A DNA stretch of 58,360 bases, taken from Synergistaceae bacterium (GTDB lineage Bacteria; Synergistota; Synergistia; Synergistales; 79-D21). Below, piece after piece: positions 48,694 to 57,896 of the stretch; positions within the stretch are counted from its first letter, which is position 1; every line of letters starts with the position of its first letter. The position numbers were made by a program, and so were the translations under genes. The notes under the pieces are model-generated. The model ran no database searches and had not been told where the DNA came from. It saw only the letters and a list, made by a program, of their open reading frames with translations. The stretch is taken from positions 1 through 58,360 of the forward strand of contig JAAYVK010000031.1 in NCBI GenBank assembly GCA_012517195.1, in the 5' to 3' direction.

Positions 48694-51047
48694 AACCTCT
48701 GGGCCGCTTTACCGAAAACGCCCTTGAGCTCCGGAAAATCCTCCAGATCATCGGGAAACACTGCCGGAGCGAGCTGGGAACCAAAACCCTGTACGGGATT
48801 CTCCCTGCGCAAGACCGGAAACAACTGGACCTTCGGCAAGCGCTCCTTCGAAATGTGCTCCGTTACCGGGAGATCGAGGGGGATTTCCCCTGGGATAGCC
48901 GGGTCGTTCCGGTAACAGTCCTCCTCGAAGAGGCGAAGTCCAGCGCCCTGATGTCGGGGGAAGATCTCGTCCATGTCCGGAACCTGATTGCCCTTGCCAC
49001 GGAAGTGAGGAACGAAATCCGCCGCGTCCAGGAACGTTTCGTCGAATTGGAGCAGATCGGGAGGAGAATCCGGGATTTTTCAGAGGAACTTGTCTTGCTC
49101 GGTGTCCTGGATGAAGAGGGATTCCTTTACGACCACGCAACTTTGCAGTTGAAGGAAATCCGAAACCGGATTGACTCCCTGAAAGCGACGATAAGAAAGA
49201 CAGGACAGGCTCTTCTTAACGATCCTGCAACCTCGAACCTGTTACAGGACCGGGTCCTGAGCCTTAGAAACGGTCGATTCGTTGTTCTGGTCAGAGCCGA
49301 AAACATATCCTCCTATCCCGGGATCGCGATCGACCGAAGCAGTTCTGGAAATTCCTTCTACGTGGAACCCTACCGTCTGGCTGCCCTGAACAACCGTCTT
49401 TCGGCTGCACTGGAAGAGGAACGGCAGGAGGTTTTTCGTATCCTTCGCAGGATAACCCTGAAACTCCTCGAACGGGAAACGGCGATCTCCGAGGCCGAAT
49501 CGGCCCTTGGGAGCCTGGACCTGGTTTGTGCGGAAGCAGAAATGGTAGAAAGAGGCGGCTGGCATTTACCCGAAATTTCCCCTTCTCCCGGTTTTCGCTT
49601 TCGCGGGCTCGTGCATCCGCTATTGGGTGAAAAAGCGGTGCCGATCGACATCGCCTGCGGGGATGACTTTAGCGTTCTTGTGGTGACGGGGCCCAACACG
49701 GGGGGCAAGACGGTAGCCCTGAAGACGGTGGGGGTTGCGGTCATCCTTTCCTGGATGGGGCTGCCGATCTCCGCAAGCGAAGGATCGGTTGTGGGAGAAA
49801 TCGATTCTGTTCACGTGGATGTGGGAGATGAGCAGAGCATTGAACAGAACCTGTCAACATTTAGCGCCCACGTGAAAAACATCGTTTCGATCCTGAGGGA
49901 AACGGGTCCCGGATCCCTGGTGCTCCTTGATGAACTGGGGTCGGGCACGGATCCCCAGGAAGGGGCAGCCCTTGGAATTGCCCTGCTTGAAGCCTTCCGG
50001 GAGAAGGGGGCACTTGTCCTGGCCACGACACATCACAATTCCATCAAAACCTACGCGCTCACGACCCCCGGGGTGGAAACGGCCAGCATGGAGTTCGACC
50101 CGGTTTCCCTGAAACCGACGTTTGCTCTTCTTATGGGAATACCGGGGAAAAGCAACGCGCTTCTCATTGCAGAAAGGCTGGGAATGCCCCCGTCGGTGAT
50201 CGAGCGGGCCAGGGCCAGCCTGCGAGGCGAGGATGTCTCGGCGGAAGAACTGATCGGTCAGCTTCAGGAAAAACGCGCTGTCCTTGAAACCGAAGCCAGG
50301 AATCTGGCCGAGGAGAGAGCTCGGCTGACCGCGGCCCGGCAATCCCTGGAAAGCCGGATTTCCCGGTTCGAGGCGGCAAAGGAGGAACGTTTGAAAGAGG
50401 CGGATCGGAAAGCGGGAAAGATCGTGAGGGAGGCCCAGGAGGCTGCGCGGGAGCTCCTCAGGAGCCTTGAGAAATCGAAAACAGTCCCGGCGGCCCATCA
50501 GGCGATCAGCGTCAAGGGCCGGGAACTGGAAAAGATCCGCAACGAGGCAGAAATCAGGGAAGAAAAAAGGCTCGAAAGGCGTTCCGTGAAAGCGGAAGGG
50601 ATCCGCCTTCAGCCGGGAGACCTCGTTCAGATGGTGGATTCTTCCGTGAAGGGGATCGTCGAAAGCATTTCCGGGGAAAAGGTTACCCTCGTTGCTGGTT
50701 CATTCCGCATGGAGGTCCCCATGAACAGGCTGAAAAAAGCAGGAGATGAACTGCCCAAAACAAGACCGGAGATTTCAGTGAAGACCATCCGTCCTGTCGG
50801 AATCCCGGGATCCATCATGATCCGGGGGATGACCGTCGATGAAGCCTTGCCTGAAGTGGAAAGGTATCTCGACCAGGCCTACCGGGCGGGTTACGATCAG
50901 GTCGCCGTCATTCATGGGAGGGGCACGGGGACCTTGCGGAAAGCGGTCCAGGAACTTTTGAAATCCCTTTCCTACGTCAGGGAGTACCGGTTGGGCGAGC
51001 ATGGAGAAGGCGGGTACGGAGTAACGATCGTGACGTTTTCAAGATAG
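48690..51047 (+). CDS. mutS2: Endonuclease MutS2 (MutS domain plus C-terminal Smr)
   Basis: VVTGPNTGGKTVALKTVG is Walker A, followed by LVLLDELGSGTDPQEG. A coiled-coil linker and a C-terminal Smr domain (IHGRGTGTLRKAV) follow. ATGA overlap with cvpA. Confidence 0.95.
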   Translation: MKPLGRFTENALELRKILQIIGKHCRSELGTKTLYGILPAQDRKQLDLRQALLRNVLRYREIEGDFPWDSRVVPVTVLLEEAKSSALMSGEDLVHVRNLIALATEVRNEIRRVQERFVELEQIGRRIRDFSEELVLLGVLDEEGFLYDHATLQLKEIRNRIDSLKATIRKTGQALLNDPATSNLLQDRVLSLRNGRFVVLVRAENISSYPGIAIDRSSSGNSFYVEPYRLAALNNRLSAALEEERQEVFRILRRITLKLLERETAISEAESALGSLDLVCAEAEMVERGGWHLPEISPSPGFRFRGLVHPLLGEKAVPIDIACGDDFSVLVVTGPNTGGKTVALKTVGVAVILSWMGLPISASEGSVVGEIDSVHVDVGDEQSIEQNLSTFSAHVKNIVSILRETGPGSLVLLDELGSGTDPQEGAALGIALLEAFREKGALVLATTHHNSIKTYALTTPGVETASMEFDPVSLKPTFALLMGIPGKSNALLIAERLGMPPSVIERARASLRGEDVSAEELIGQLQEKRAVLETEARNLAEERARLTAARQSLESRISRFEAAKEERLKEADRKAGKIVREAQEAARELLRSLEKSKTVPAAHQAISVKGRELEKIRNEAEIREEKRLERRSVKAEGIRLQPGDLVQMVDSSVKGIVESISGEKVTLVAGSFRMEVPMNRLKKAGDELPKTRPEISVKTIRPVGIPGSIMIRGMTVDEALPEVERYLDQAYRAGYDQVAVIHGRGTGTLRKAVQELLKSLSYVREYRLGEHGEGGYGVTIVTFSR

Positions 51048-51065
51048 ACCGAGGAGGGGCTTTTC

Positions 51066-51755
51066 ATGGAAGAGGGCTTTTTCAACCTGAAATCCTTGAG
51101 AGAGCAAGTTTACGAATACCTCAAGATCCAGCTCAACGAGGGGAAGCTGGAACATGGAGCTTTCCTGAACCTGAACGCCATCAGCGCTGAAATGGGGATC
51201 AGCAAGACTCCCTTGAGGGATGCACTCTTCCAGCTTGAAGCGGAAGGATTCGTGACGATCTATCCACGAAGGGGAGTAAAGGTCAACACCCTAACGCTGG
51301 AAAAAATCCGAAACATCTACCAGATTTTAGGAGGGCTCGAGGGGGCCGTTCTGGTGGAAGTCGCTTCGAAGTTCCGGAAAAAGGATGTTGACGCCATGAG
51401 CCAGTTCAATGAAGAGATGAAAGACGCACTCCGGCGGAACGACTTCGAGCGGTTCTACTCGAGGAATCTTGATTTTCACAACGCCTACCTGGAACTGTCG
51501 GAAAATACCGACCTTCTGCGGACCGTCCGGATCCTGAAGGAAAGGCTTTACGAATTCCCCCGAAGCAAGGGATTCCTGAAGGAATGTGAAGTCGAATCGA
51601 CCGGGGAGCATGACCGGATCATCGAATTTCTCGCAAAGGGGGATTTCAACGGTGCGGCAGATTATATCCGGGACGTTCACTGGTCTTTCGCGGTCCAGGA
51701 AAGATATATCCGCAAATATTATTTCGGCTTGGCTGCCCAGACTACAGAGCGTTAA
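51066..51755 (+). CDS. GntR-family transcriptional regulator (FadR/FCD subfamily)
   Basis: N-terminal winged helix (...VYEYLKIQLNEGKLEHGAFLNLNAISAEMGISKTPLRDALFQLEAEGFVTIYPRRGVKV) followed by an all-helical C-terminal FCD-like domain. Confidence 0.85.
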   Translation: MEEGFFNLKSLREQVYEYLKIQLNEGKLEHGAFLNLNAISAEMGISKTPLRDALFQLEAEGFVTIYPRRGVKVNTLTLEKIRNIYQILGGLEGAVLVEVASKFRKKDVDAMSQFNEEMKDALRRNDFERFYSRNLDFHNAYLELSENTDLLRTVRILKERLYEFPRSKGFLKECEVESTGEHDRIIEFLAKGDFNGAADYIRDVHWSFAVQERYIRKYYFGLAAQTTER

Positions 51756-51782
51756 GCATTTGCCAACGCAGGAATGATGGAA

Positions 51783-51816
51783 AAGGGCAGCAGCCCCGGC
51801 CGGGGCTGCTGCCCTT
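51783..51816. terminator. Bidirectional hairpin between convergent gntR and the serine dehydratase gene
   Basis: Perfect 15-bp palindromic stem aagggcagcagcccc-ggcc-ggggctgctgccctt. Confidence 0.6.
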
Positions 51817-51820
51817 GATC

Positions 51821-53371
51821 TTATTTCCCGACGTCCAGGCGGGGCATGGCTTTAGCGGAAGGGCAGAGAGCCAGCCCCCCTCTTGCGGTGCACCGCAGTT
51901 CCTCGGGAAGCATTCTTCCGACACTGTCGACCGCGGCCAGGGTTTCATCCAGTGGAACGGGGTTTTCATACCCGCCCAGGACCAGGTCGGCACAGAGGAA
52001 GGCCATGGAGGCAAGCGCCGCATTCCTGCTGTGGCAGGGGATTTCAACGATTCCCTGCACCAGGTCGCAAACCGAACCCATGATGTTCTGGAAAACCGTT
52101 GCAGCTGCATCGCAGGCCTGCCGGGCAGTTCCCCCGGCGGCTTCAACGACCGCAGCGGCTCCCATCGCTCCGGCGGCCCCGATTTCAACCTGACACCCGC
52201 ACACCTCTGCCGCGAAGGTGCTTACCCGGTCCAGGGCCTGTCCCACCGCCCCGGCTGCCCACAAGGCCTCGAGAACTTTTTCCCTTGAAAGGCCAAAATC
52301 GAGGATCAAAGTGGAAAGGATTCCCGGGAGCACCCCTGCTGATCCCCCGGTGGGCGCTGCGCAAACGACGCCGCCGGACCCGTTGACGTGCATAGCTGCC
52401 ATTGCCCTTGCGGCGGCCCTCAGGTGCGGTCCGCCGAGGAAAAGGCGTCCTTTTGACTCTGCGTCCAGGATCGAAGACGCCATCGGGCGCAGAAGCTTCA
52501 TCCCCCCCGTCATGGAAAGGCCCGAATCAACGGCGTTGAGCATGACGTTCAGGCGTTGTTCCATTTCCCCGGAAAGTTCCCGCCGGGGGATTTCCAGCAA
52601 GGCTTCTTCGTTGGCCAATGCGGCCTTTCCCAGAGACCAGCCCCGTTCTTCGGCCAATCGAAGAAGGCCCTGGGTATCCTGAAAGAGTTCGGTGCCTTTC
52701 AAAGGGGCCATGACCGGGCTGGATTTCCGAATTTGGGCTTTCGGAGAAAGCTGGCGAAGGCGGGAAAGAAGAAGCTCACCCGGCTTTTCGCAGGCGGAAC
52801 CGTGGAAAAAACGGGAAGAGGCTTGGGCCTCAAGACAAGCGGAGGGGTCCCAGGTTTGAAGGAGTGCGAGTACCGGTTCCGCGGGAACTTCCATTGGGGT
52901 TTCGATCAGAAGTTCATATCGGTCTCCACGGATCAGAAGCGGGAATCCGTCAACGGAGGCGATTTCGATGGATCCACCTCCCACCGAGCGGGCATGAAGC
53001 GAAATTTCTTCCCCGTTTTCACCCCGTAGAAACAAAAACAGGCTGTTGGGATGATCGGCCTCGGCGAAAGGGGTCCTCTCGAAGCGGGCCTGAAGTCCCA
53101 TCTCGGGGGCCAACTCGAGCATCCGGTGGAAACGGTCGTCCGTGAGAGGGAGGTCGAGGAGTCCTGACAGGAGTGCAAGGTCGCTGCCCTGGTCGTGGTA
53201 GCAGACGGACAGGGAACTTGAGGGATGAATCAGGAAACGAGCCATTACCGGCTTTGAGCCAAGCAGGTCCCTGGAAATCCGGCCGATTCGCCAGGGGCCC
53301 GCGGTGTGTGAACTGGAGGGTCCCCTCATAATCGGGCCAATCACGTGATTCAGGATGCTTACTCTCTTCAA
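51821..53371 (-). CDS. sdaA: L-serine ammonia-lyase, iron-sulfur-dependent, fused beta-alpha single chain
   Basis: MKRVSILNHVIGPIMRGPSSSHTAGPWRIG is the beta-domain N-terminus. An ACT-like segment follows, then an alpha domain with ...GGSAGVLPG...EVCGCQVEIGAAG...EIPCHSRNA.... TTG start with GAGAGGGA upstream. Confidence 0.88.
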   Translation of the reverse strand: MKRVSILNHVIGPIMRGPSSSHTAGPWRIGRISRDLLGSKPVMARFLIHPSSSLSVCYHDQGSDLALLSGLLDLPLTDDRFHRMLELAPEMGLQARFERTPFAEADHPNSLFLFLRGENGEEISLHARSVGGGSIEIASVDGFPLLIRGDRYELLIETPMEVPAEPVLALLQTWDPSACLEAQASSRFFHGSACEKPGELLLSRLRQLSPKAQIRKSSPVMAPLKGTELFQDTQGLLRLAEERGWSLGKAALANEEALLEIPRRELSGEMEQRLNVMLNAVDSGLSMTGGMKLLRPMASSILDAESKGRLFLGGPHLRAAARAMAAMHVNGSGGVVCAAPTGGSAGVLPGILSTLILDFGLSREKVLEALWAAGAVGQALDRVSTFAAEVCGCQVEIGAAGAMGAAAVVEAAGGTARQACDAAATVFQNIMGSVCDLVQGIVEIPCHSRNAALASMAFLCADLVLGGYENPVPLDETLAAVDSVGRMLPEELRCTARGGLALCPSAKAMPRLDVGK

Positions 53372-53468
53372 TGCAAATCCCTCTCTTCGTTGAATTGTCG
53401 TCTCTTCCTGTCCATTCGCAATGGATCGTTCTCCTTCCCGTCGTTCGGTCCTTTCCAGGATAGACCGG

Positions 53469-53498
53469 TTGACAGAGGCGGGGCCTTTCGCCTAGGAT
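53469..53498 (+). promoter_or_regulatory. Candidate promoter of the TRAP transporter operon
   Basis: TTGACA-18 nt-TAGGAT. This implies a 5' UTR of about 210 nt before dctP. Confidence 0.45.
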
Positions 53499-53715
53499 AA
53501 TTCTATCGCACGTCAAGATATGTGATGTATTAGATACCTTTTTCCCGTCTCTTTCGTCAAGCCGATTGAATCTACCTCGAAGGTTTCCTCAGAACGATTT
53601 GGACCCGTAGCGTGGAGGAGGTGAATCGATCCGGCCATAAGAAGCTGTTAGCGCCCCCAGAGCAGTCCGTTTTGCAGGCAGTAAAAAATTTCCCATAGAA
53701 GGGAGCCACCGATCC

Positions 53716-54732
53716 ATGACGAAAAACAGAAAGTCACTGTTGCTCTCCGCCGTTCTTTTCGTTTCCCTCTTCGCCCTGATGTCGGGTTCCGCCCTGGCCG
53801 CTCCGGCCGTCACCCTGAAGTTCGCCGGACAATCTCCGGCCGATCACCCGGCCTCGATCCTGATGAACGAGATCGCGAAGGAAGTAGCCCAGAAGACCAA
53901 CGGCCGAATCGAGATCAAGGTTTACCCGGCCAACCAGCTGGGTGACTACACACTCGTCTACGAGGAGCTCATCAAGGGAACCATCGATATGTCCTGCACC
54001 TCCGTTCCCAGCCAGTTTGACCCGCGGCTGGAATTGGTCTATATCAACGGTTTCGTCAAGGGATACGGGGATGTCAAGAGGGTTTTCTCTCCCAACGGCT
54101 GGCTTTTCAAAAAGATGGACGAACTGAACAGCCGGCTGGGGGTCAAGCTTGGGGGCTTCTTCATCGAGGGCATGATCGGGACCGCCACGACGAAGCCGGC
54201 CGCCTCGCCCCTCGATCCAAGCGTCAAGAAGGGCGTCCTGATCCGGGTTCCCAACATGGACGTTTATAAGCTTGCCGCCGAAGCCATGGGATACCGGACT
54301 GTCACAATTCCCTACGCTGACGTCTACCAGGCCCTGCAGACCGGCGTGGCAGAAGGGGTCAACGGATTCTCGGTCGTGGCCGCCTACACCATGCTTCGCG
54401 ATGTCATCAAGTACTGGTACATGACCAACTATTCTCTCGAGTGCCTGAACTACATGATCAGCGGTAAGACCTGGGCGAAGCTTTCACCCGCCGACAAGAA
54501 GATCCTCCAGGAAGCCATCAACCATGCGGCAGCAAAGAGCATCACGCTTGCCAAGCAGTCCGACGAAAAGTACATGCAGCTGATGCGGGATAAGGGCATC
54601 AAGGTCTATACGTACAGCGAGAAGGAGCTGGTCCCGATCGCAAAGGCTTGCGCCAGCACCTGGCCGATGCTCGAGAAGAAGATGACCAAGGAACTGATTG
54701 ACGAGTTCCGGAAGGAACTGGCCCCGAAATAG
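53716..54732 (+). CDS. TRAP transporter substrate-binding protein (DctP family)
   Basis: Signal peptide MTKNRKSLLLSAVLFVSLFALMSGSALA|AP, then VTLKFAGQSPADHP...IEIKVYPANQLG..., the typical DctP-family pattern. Confidence 0.9.
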   Translation: MTKNRKSLLLSAVLFVSLFALMSGSALAAPAVTLKFAGQSPADHPASILMNEIAKEVAQKTNGRIEIKVYPANQLGDYTLVYEELIKGTIDMSCTSVPSQFDPRLELVYINGFVKGYGDVKRVFSPNGWLFKKMDELNSRLGVKLGGFFIEGMIGTATTKPAASPLDPSVKKGVLIRVPNMDVYKLAAEAMGYRTVTIPYADVYQALQTGVAEGVNGFSVVAAYTMLRDVIKYWYMTNYSLECLNYMISGKTWAKLSPADKKILQEAINHAAAKSITLAKQSDEKYMQLMRDKGIKVYTYSEKELVPIAKACASTWPMLEKKMTKELIDEFRKELAPK

Positions 54733-54745
54733 ACCCCCGGTTCCT

Positions 54746-54783
54746 GGATGGACCCAAAGGGGATGCTCCCTTTGGGTCCATCC
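54746..54783 (+). terminator. Perfect 16-bp hairpin after the TRAP binding-protein gene (intra-operon attenuator or stabiliser)
   Basis: ggatggacccaaaggg-gatgct-ccctttgggtccatcc followed by ttctcc. It lies 14 nt after the dctP stop. Confidence 0.55.
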
Positions 54784-54907
54784 TTCTCCATGAGCAGAAC
54801 GTGAGCAGAACAACAGCCCTTCGCAGGGAATCCAGTTTTCAAGAGGGGAGATCTGTCCCGTGCCTCAGTGTAGTGATGCAATAGGGGAAAAACCGGAAAT
54901 AGGGATA

Positions 54908-55429
54908 ATGAAGCCCCGGAACCTGTTCGACAAGATCGTGGTGAATGGTTTTTCGGCCGTCACGCTGGTGATGTCCATTCTGCTGACAATCCTGATCGCG
55001 CTGGCAACCTTCATTCGCTACGTGATCCAGGGCGATCTTTACGGATACGAAGAGTGGGTTAAGCTTTTTGCCTTCTGGCTGTATTTTTCGGGTGCGGCGA
55101 TCGGCGCATTCAACCGGACCCATGTTTCGGCAGACCTGGTGCAGTCTTATGTCCCCGAAGGTTTCCTCAAGCGGTTTCTCGTTTTTCTAAAGGACCTGAT
55201 CACGGTCGGGGTAACGCTGTTGTTTGTCTGGTACGGCTATGGATTCTTCATGTTTGGATTCATGGGTCCTCTAGGAACGGGAATCGCGCTGCCCAGAACA
55301 ACGATCTGGCAGATTCCGCTTTGGACCTCGTACCTGGCGATTTTTCTGGGGTTGATCTTTATGGCCTTTTACTTCACCCGGGACCTTTTCCTGAGTACGA
55401 AGGCCCTGCTCAGGGGGGGGCGCAAATGA
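54908..55429 (+). CDS. TRAP transporter small permease (DctQ family)
   Basis: 173 aa with four hydrophobic segments, located between the P and M components. An alternative GTG start lies at 54860. Confidence 0.85.
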   Translation: MKPRNLFDKIVVNGFSAVTLVMSILLTILIALATFIRYVIQGDLYGYEEWVKLFAFWLYFSGAAIGAFNRTHVSADLVQSYVPEGFLKRFLVFLKDLITVGVTLLFVWYGYGFFMFGFMGPLGTGIALPRTTIWQIPLWTSYLAIFLGLIFMAFYFTRDLFLSTKALLRGGRK

Positions 55430-56742
55430 TTTACGTTGCGATTGTCATCCTGCTTGCCACACTTGTGCTCGGAGTTCCCGTACCGGTCAGTTTCATGGCC
55501 AGCGCGGCCTGGCTCCTCTTCTTCGGGGGGCCGGACGGGGCGGGTTACGAAGCAAGCCAGCTTCTGCCCTACGCCTTCGCCCAGATCAACTCGGTATCCC
55601 TGATCGCCATCGCCATGTTCATCATGGCCGGGGGGATCATGGAACGGGGAAAGATCGGGGAGAAGCTCATCGACCTGGTGGACGTTTTCGTGGGACATAT
55701 CCGGGGAGGCCTGGGGATCGTCGGGACCATCTCCTGCGCAGTATTCGGGTCGATCTCCGGGGCTGCCTGCGCGACCCTCTCCTGCATTGGGACGATCATG
55801 TTTCCGAGGTTGGAGGCAGGGGGATACCCGAGGGGTCACTCCGCTGCGCTGATGGCGAACGCTTCTCTTCTGGGCCTGCTGATCCCGCCGAACGCCACTC
55901 TGATCATCTTCGCGTGGCTGAGCGGTCAGCCGATCCTGGCCTGCTTTTTGTCCACGGTTATGCCGGGGATCGTGACGATCATCCTGATCAGCGTCGTGAA
56001 CATGTGGCTTTTGCGCAACAACAAGGAAGTCCTCGTGGCCCACAAGCGAACCGCAGCGGAGAAGTGGATGCTGTTCAAGACCCGTGGAAAGCTTGCCATC
56101 CCGGCGCTCATGCTTCCCGTCATCGTCCTTGGGGGCATCTACGGGGGGATCATGACAACCACGGAGGCCTCCGCCATGGCGGTCATCTACGCCATCCCGG
56201 TAGGGGTCCTGGTCTACAAGGGGATGAAATGGCGGGAAGTCATCGGTCCGCTCGTGGAATCGGCAGTCACGACGGGGGTCATCATGGCAATGCTCTTCTC
56301 GGTCTCCATGCTGAGCCGCCTGTACCTGCTGGAAGACCTGCCGTCCCGCCTCCTGGCCCTTTTCCGGACGGTTTCGGAAAACCGCTGGGTGATCCTTTTC
56401 ATGATCAACATCTTCCTGGTGATCATGGGCATGCTCATGGACGACATCAGCGTCGTGGTGCTGACGACCCCGATCATGATGCCGATCATCATGGAGCTGG
56501 GCTTCAACCCGATCCACTACGCGGCGATCATCGGGGTCAACACGGCCCTGGGGTGCATCACGCCGCCTGCGGCACCGGTTTTGTACCTGTCGGGGCGATT
56601 GAGCAAGACCCCCATAAACGAGATGATGACCCCGGCCCTGTACTTCATGCTGCTCTGCTGGGCGCCTGTGCTGATCTTCACCAGCTACGTCCCGAAACTG
56701 GTCCTGTTCCTCCCCCACATCGTCCTGGGGACCCCCTGGTAG
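55426..56742 (+). CDS. TRAP transporter large permease (DctM family)
   Basis: 438-aa polytopic protein. MIYVAIVILLATLVLGVPVPVSFMASA... and ...GIYGGIMTTTEASAMAVIYA... are typical of DctM. ATGA overlap with dctQ. Confidence 0.92.
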   Translation: MIYVAIVILLATLVLGVPVPVSFMASAAWLLFFGGPDGAGYEASQLLPYAFAQINSVSLIAIAMFIMAGGIMERGKIGEKLIDLVDVFVGHIRGGLGIVGTISCAVFGSISGAACATLSCIGTIMFPRLEAGGYPRGHSAALMANASLLGLLIPPNATLIIFAWLSGQPILACFLSTVMPGIVTIILISVVNMWLLRNNKEVLVAHKRTAAEKWMLFKTRGKLAIPALMLPVIVLGGIYGGIMTTTEASAMAVIYAIPVGVLVYKGMKWREVIGPLVESAVTTGVIMAMLFSVSMLSRLYLLEDLPSRLLALFRTVSENRWVILFMINIFLVIMGMLMDDISVVVLTTPIMMPIIMELGFNPIHYAAIIGVNTALGCITPPAAPVLYLSGRLSKTPINEMMTPALYFMLLCWAPVLIFTSYVPKLVLFLPHIVLGTPW

Positions 56743-56749
56743 GCAAGGC

Positions 56750-56950
56750 ATGTTCTACCGGAACCTGTTTGCCGCACTCTGCTTTCTTTTCCTGGCGCTG
56801 GGGGTTGTTCTCCATTCGCCGCACGCATTCTGGGCAAGCCTGATGTGCGGGGCTTTTTCCCGTACGGCGGTGAAGAAGAAGTGGAAGGTGCCGCCCATCG
56901 CGAAGAAGTTCTTTATCAAGGGGCTTCCGAACGAGGAGCCTTTGGAATGA
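56750..56950 (+). CDS. Possible small membrane protein (66 aa), uncertain
   Basis: The ORF starts 8 nt after dctM. It has one hydrophobic segment (LFAALCFLFLALGVVL) and a basic C-terminal half. The SD is weak and I recognise no family. Confidence 0.3.
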   Translation: MFYRNLFAALCFLFLALGVVLHSPHAFWASLMCGAFSRTAVKKKWKVPPIAKKFFIKGLPNEEPLE

Positions 56951-56982
56951 GAATCCCCCCGCCCAGTGGGCGGGGGGATTCT
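56950..56982. terminator. GC-rich 15-bp hairpin between the TRAP operon and the convergent DUF1989 gene
   Basis: agaatccccccgccc-agt-gggcggggggattct. There is no T-tract on either side. Confidence 0.5.
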
Positions 56983-56995
56983 GGTATAGCGGAAT

Positions 56996-57619
56996 TCATG
57001 CGTGTCTCTCGGCGCTCCCCTGGCTGACGATGACGGCAATTCCCGAGATCTTCTCCTTCCCGGCGCTGCCTGCCCCGGGGGCTCTTGAGCATGCGGAAAT
57101 GGCGCAAACAAGCGGCAGCAAGGCTGTCAGGGTCAGGCGATCTCCCGGTCTTGAAGCAGGGGGCAAACGGACGAGGGTGCCGTCGGCTTCGAAGCGGGTG
57201 TTTCCGAAGACGTTCAAAGGCTCCGGAATTTGATTACGGGGAATCTCCCAGGGGGCCAGGGCCCCCTCGAAGTTGCCAATACAGCTGTGGTGAGCGCTGG
57301 GCCCTCCCCCCAAACCGTCGCACGCAGGCATCAGCAAATCGTGCGTTGGCGCCGTGTTTTCGGTCACCTCGAGAAGAGGGCGAAGCAAGTTGGACCAAAG
57401 CCTATCCTTTACCCTGATGGTGACCGAACTCAGCGCAAGGCGGGTGTGTGCGGGGGAGAGGGATTCGGAAAGCCGATCCCGGTAGAAAGCCACAAAGGCG
57501 CCGACCTGCCCCCCATCCACGTCAATGATCGTGATCCGACTTCCCTTTTCGATCTCAAAAGCCCTCGCATATCCTTTTGGGACCAGAATTTCCTTTCTGT
57601 AAAAGAACAATCCCTTCAT
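56996..57619 (-). CDS. DUF1989 (urea-carboxylase-associated) family protein
   Basis: MKGLFFYRKEILVPKGYARAFEIEKGSRITIIDVDGGQVGAFVAF...NTAPTHDLLMPACD...NVFGNTRF...PGDRLTLTA resembles the DUF1989 pattern. Confidence 0.65.
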   Translation of the reverse strand: MKGLFFYRKEILVPKGYARAFEIEKGSRITIIDVDGGQVGAFVAFYRDRLSESLSPAHTRLALSSVTIRVKDRLWSNLLRPLLEVTENTAPTHDLLMPACDGLGGGPSAHHSCIGNFEGALAPWEIPRNQIPEPLNVFGNTRFEADGTLVRLPPASRPGDRLTLTALLPLVCAISACSRAPGAGSAGKEKISGIAVIVSQGSAERHA

Positions 57620-57700
57620 TTCCCCTGTACGCTCCTTCGTAACGTTTCAACCATTATTGCATTATAAGTCACCAACGATGGCTGGGCTCGAGATTTCCGC

Positions 57701-57729
57701 GTTGACGATAGCCGGTAAACGTGGTAATT
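57701..57729 (+). promoter_or_regulatory. Sigma-70-type promoter of tRNA-Arg
   Basis: TTGACG-17 nt-TAATTT with an extended TG. The -10 ends 17 nt before the mature tRNA 5' end. Confidence 0.55.
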
Positions 57730-57745
57730 TTTACCGCGCACGGTG

Positions 57746-57822
57746 CGTGTCCGTAGCTCAGCTGGATAGAGTGTTGGCCTCCGGAGCCAAAGGTCGCGGG
57801 TTCGAATCCCGCCGGGCACGCC
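57746..57822 (+). tRNA. tRNA-Arg (anticodon CCG), CCA encoded
   Basis: Cloverleaf folded by hand. Acceptor stem GTGTCCG/CGGGCAC, D arm GCTC..GAGT, anticodon stem TTGGC/GCCAA with loop CTCCGGA, T arm GCGGG-TTCGAAT-CCCGC, discriminator G, then CCA. Confidence 0.9.
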
Positions 57823-57836
57823 ATAAAGGGATAAAA

Positions 57837-57869
57837 AGACCAGGAAACGAAAGGTTCCTGGCCTTTTTT
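57837..57869 (+). terminator. Rho-independent terminator after tRNA-Arg
   Basis: ccaggaa-acgaaagg-ttcctgg with flanking pairs, followed by TTTTTT. Confidence 0.7.
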
Positions 57870-57896
57870 CTATTACCAAGCGGGTCAGCGGACAGG

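Noticed and set aside
55369-56843. 460-aa minus-strand and 309-aa plus-strand ORFs over dctM
   Set aside because: One is antisense to and one out of frame with the clearly hydrophobic DctM frame. Their compositions are implausible (D/H/R/P/G-rich).
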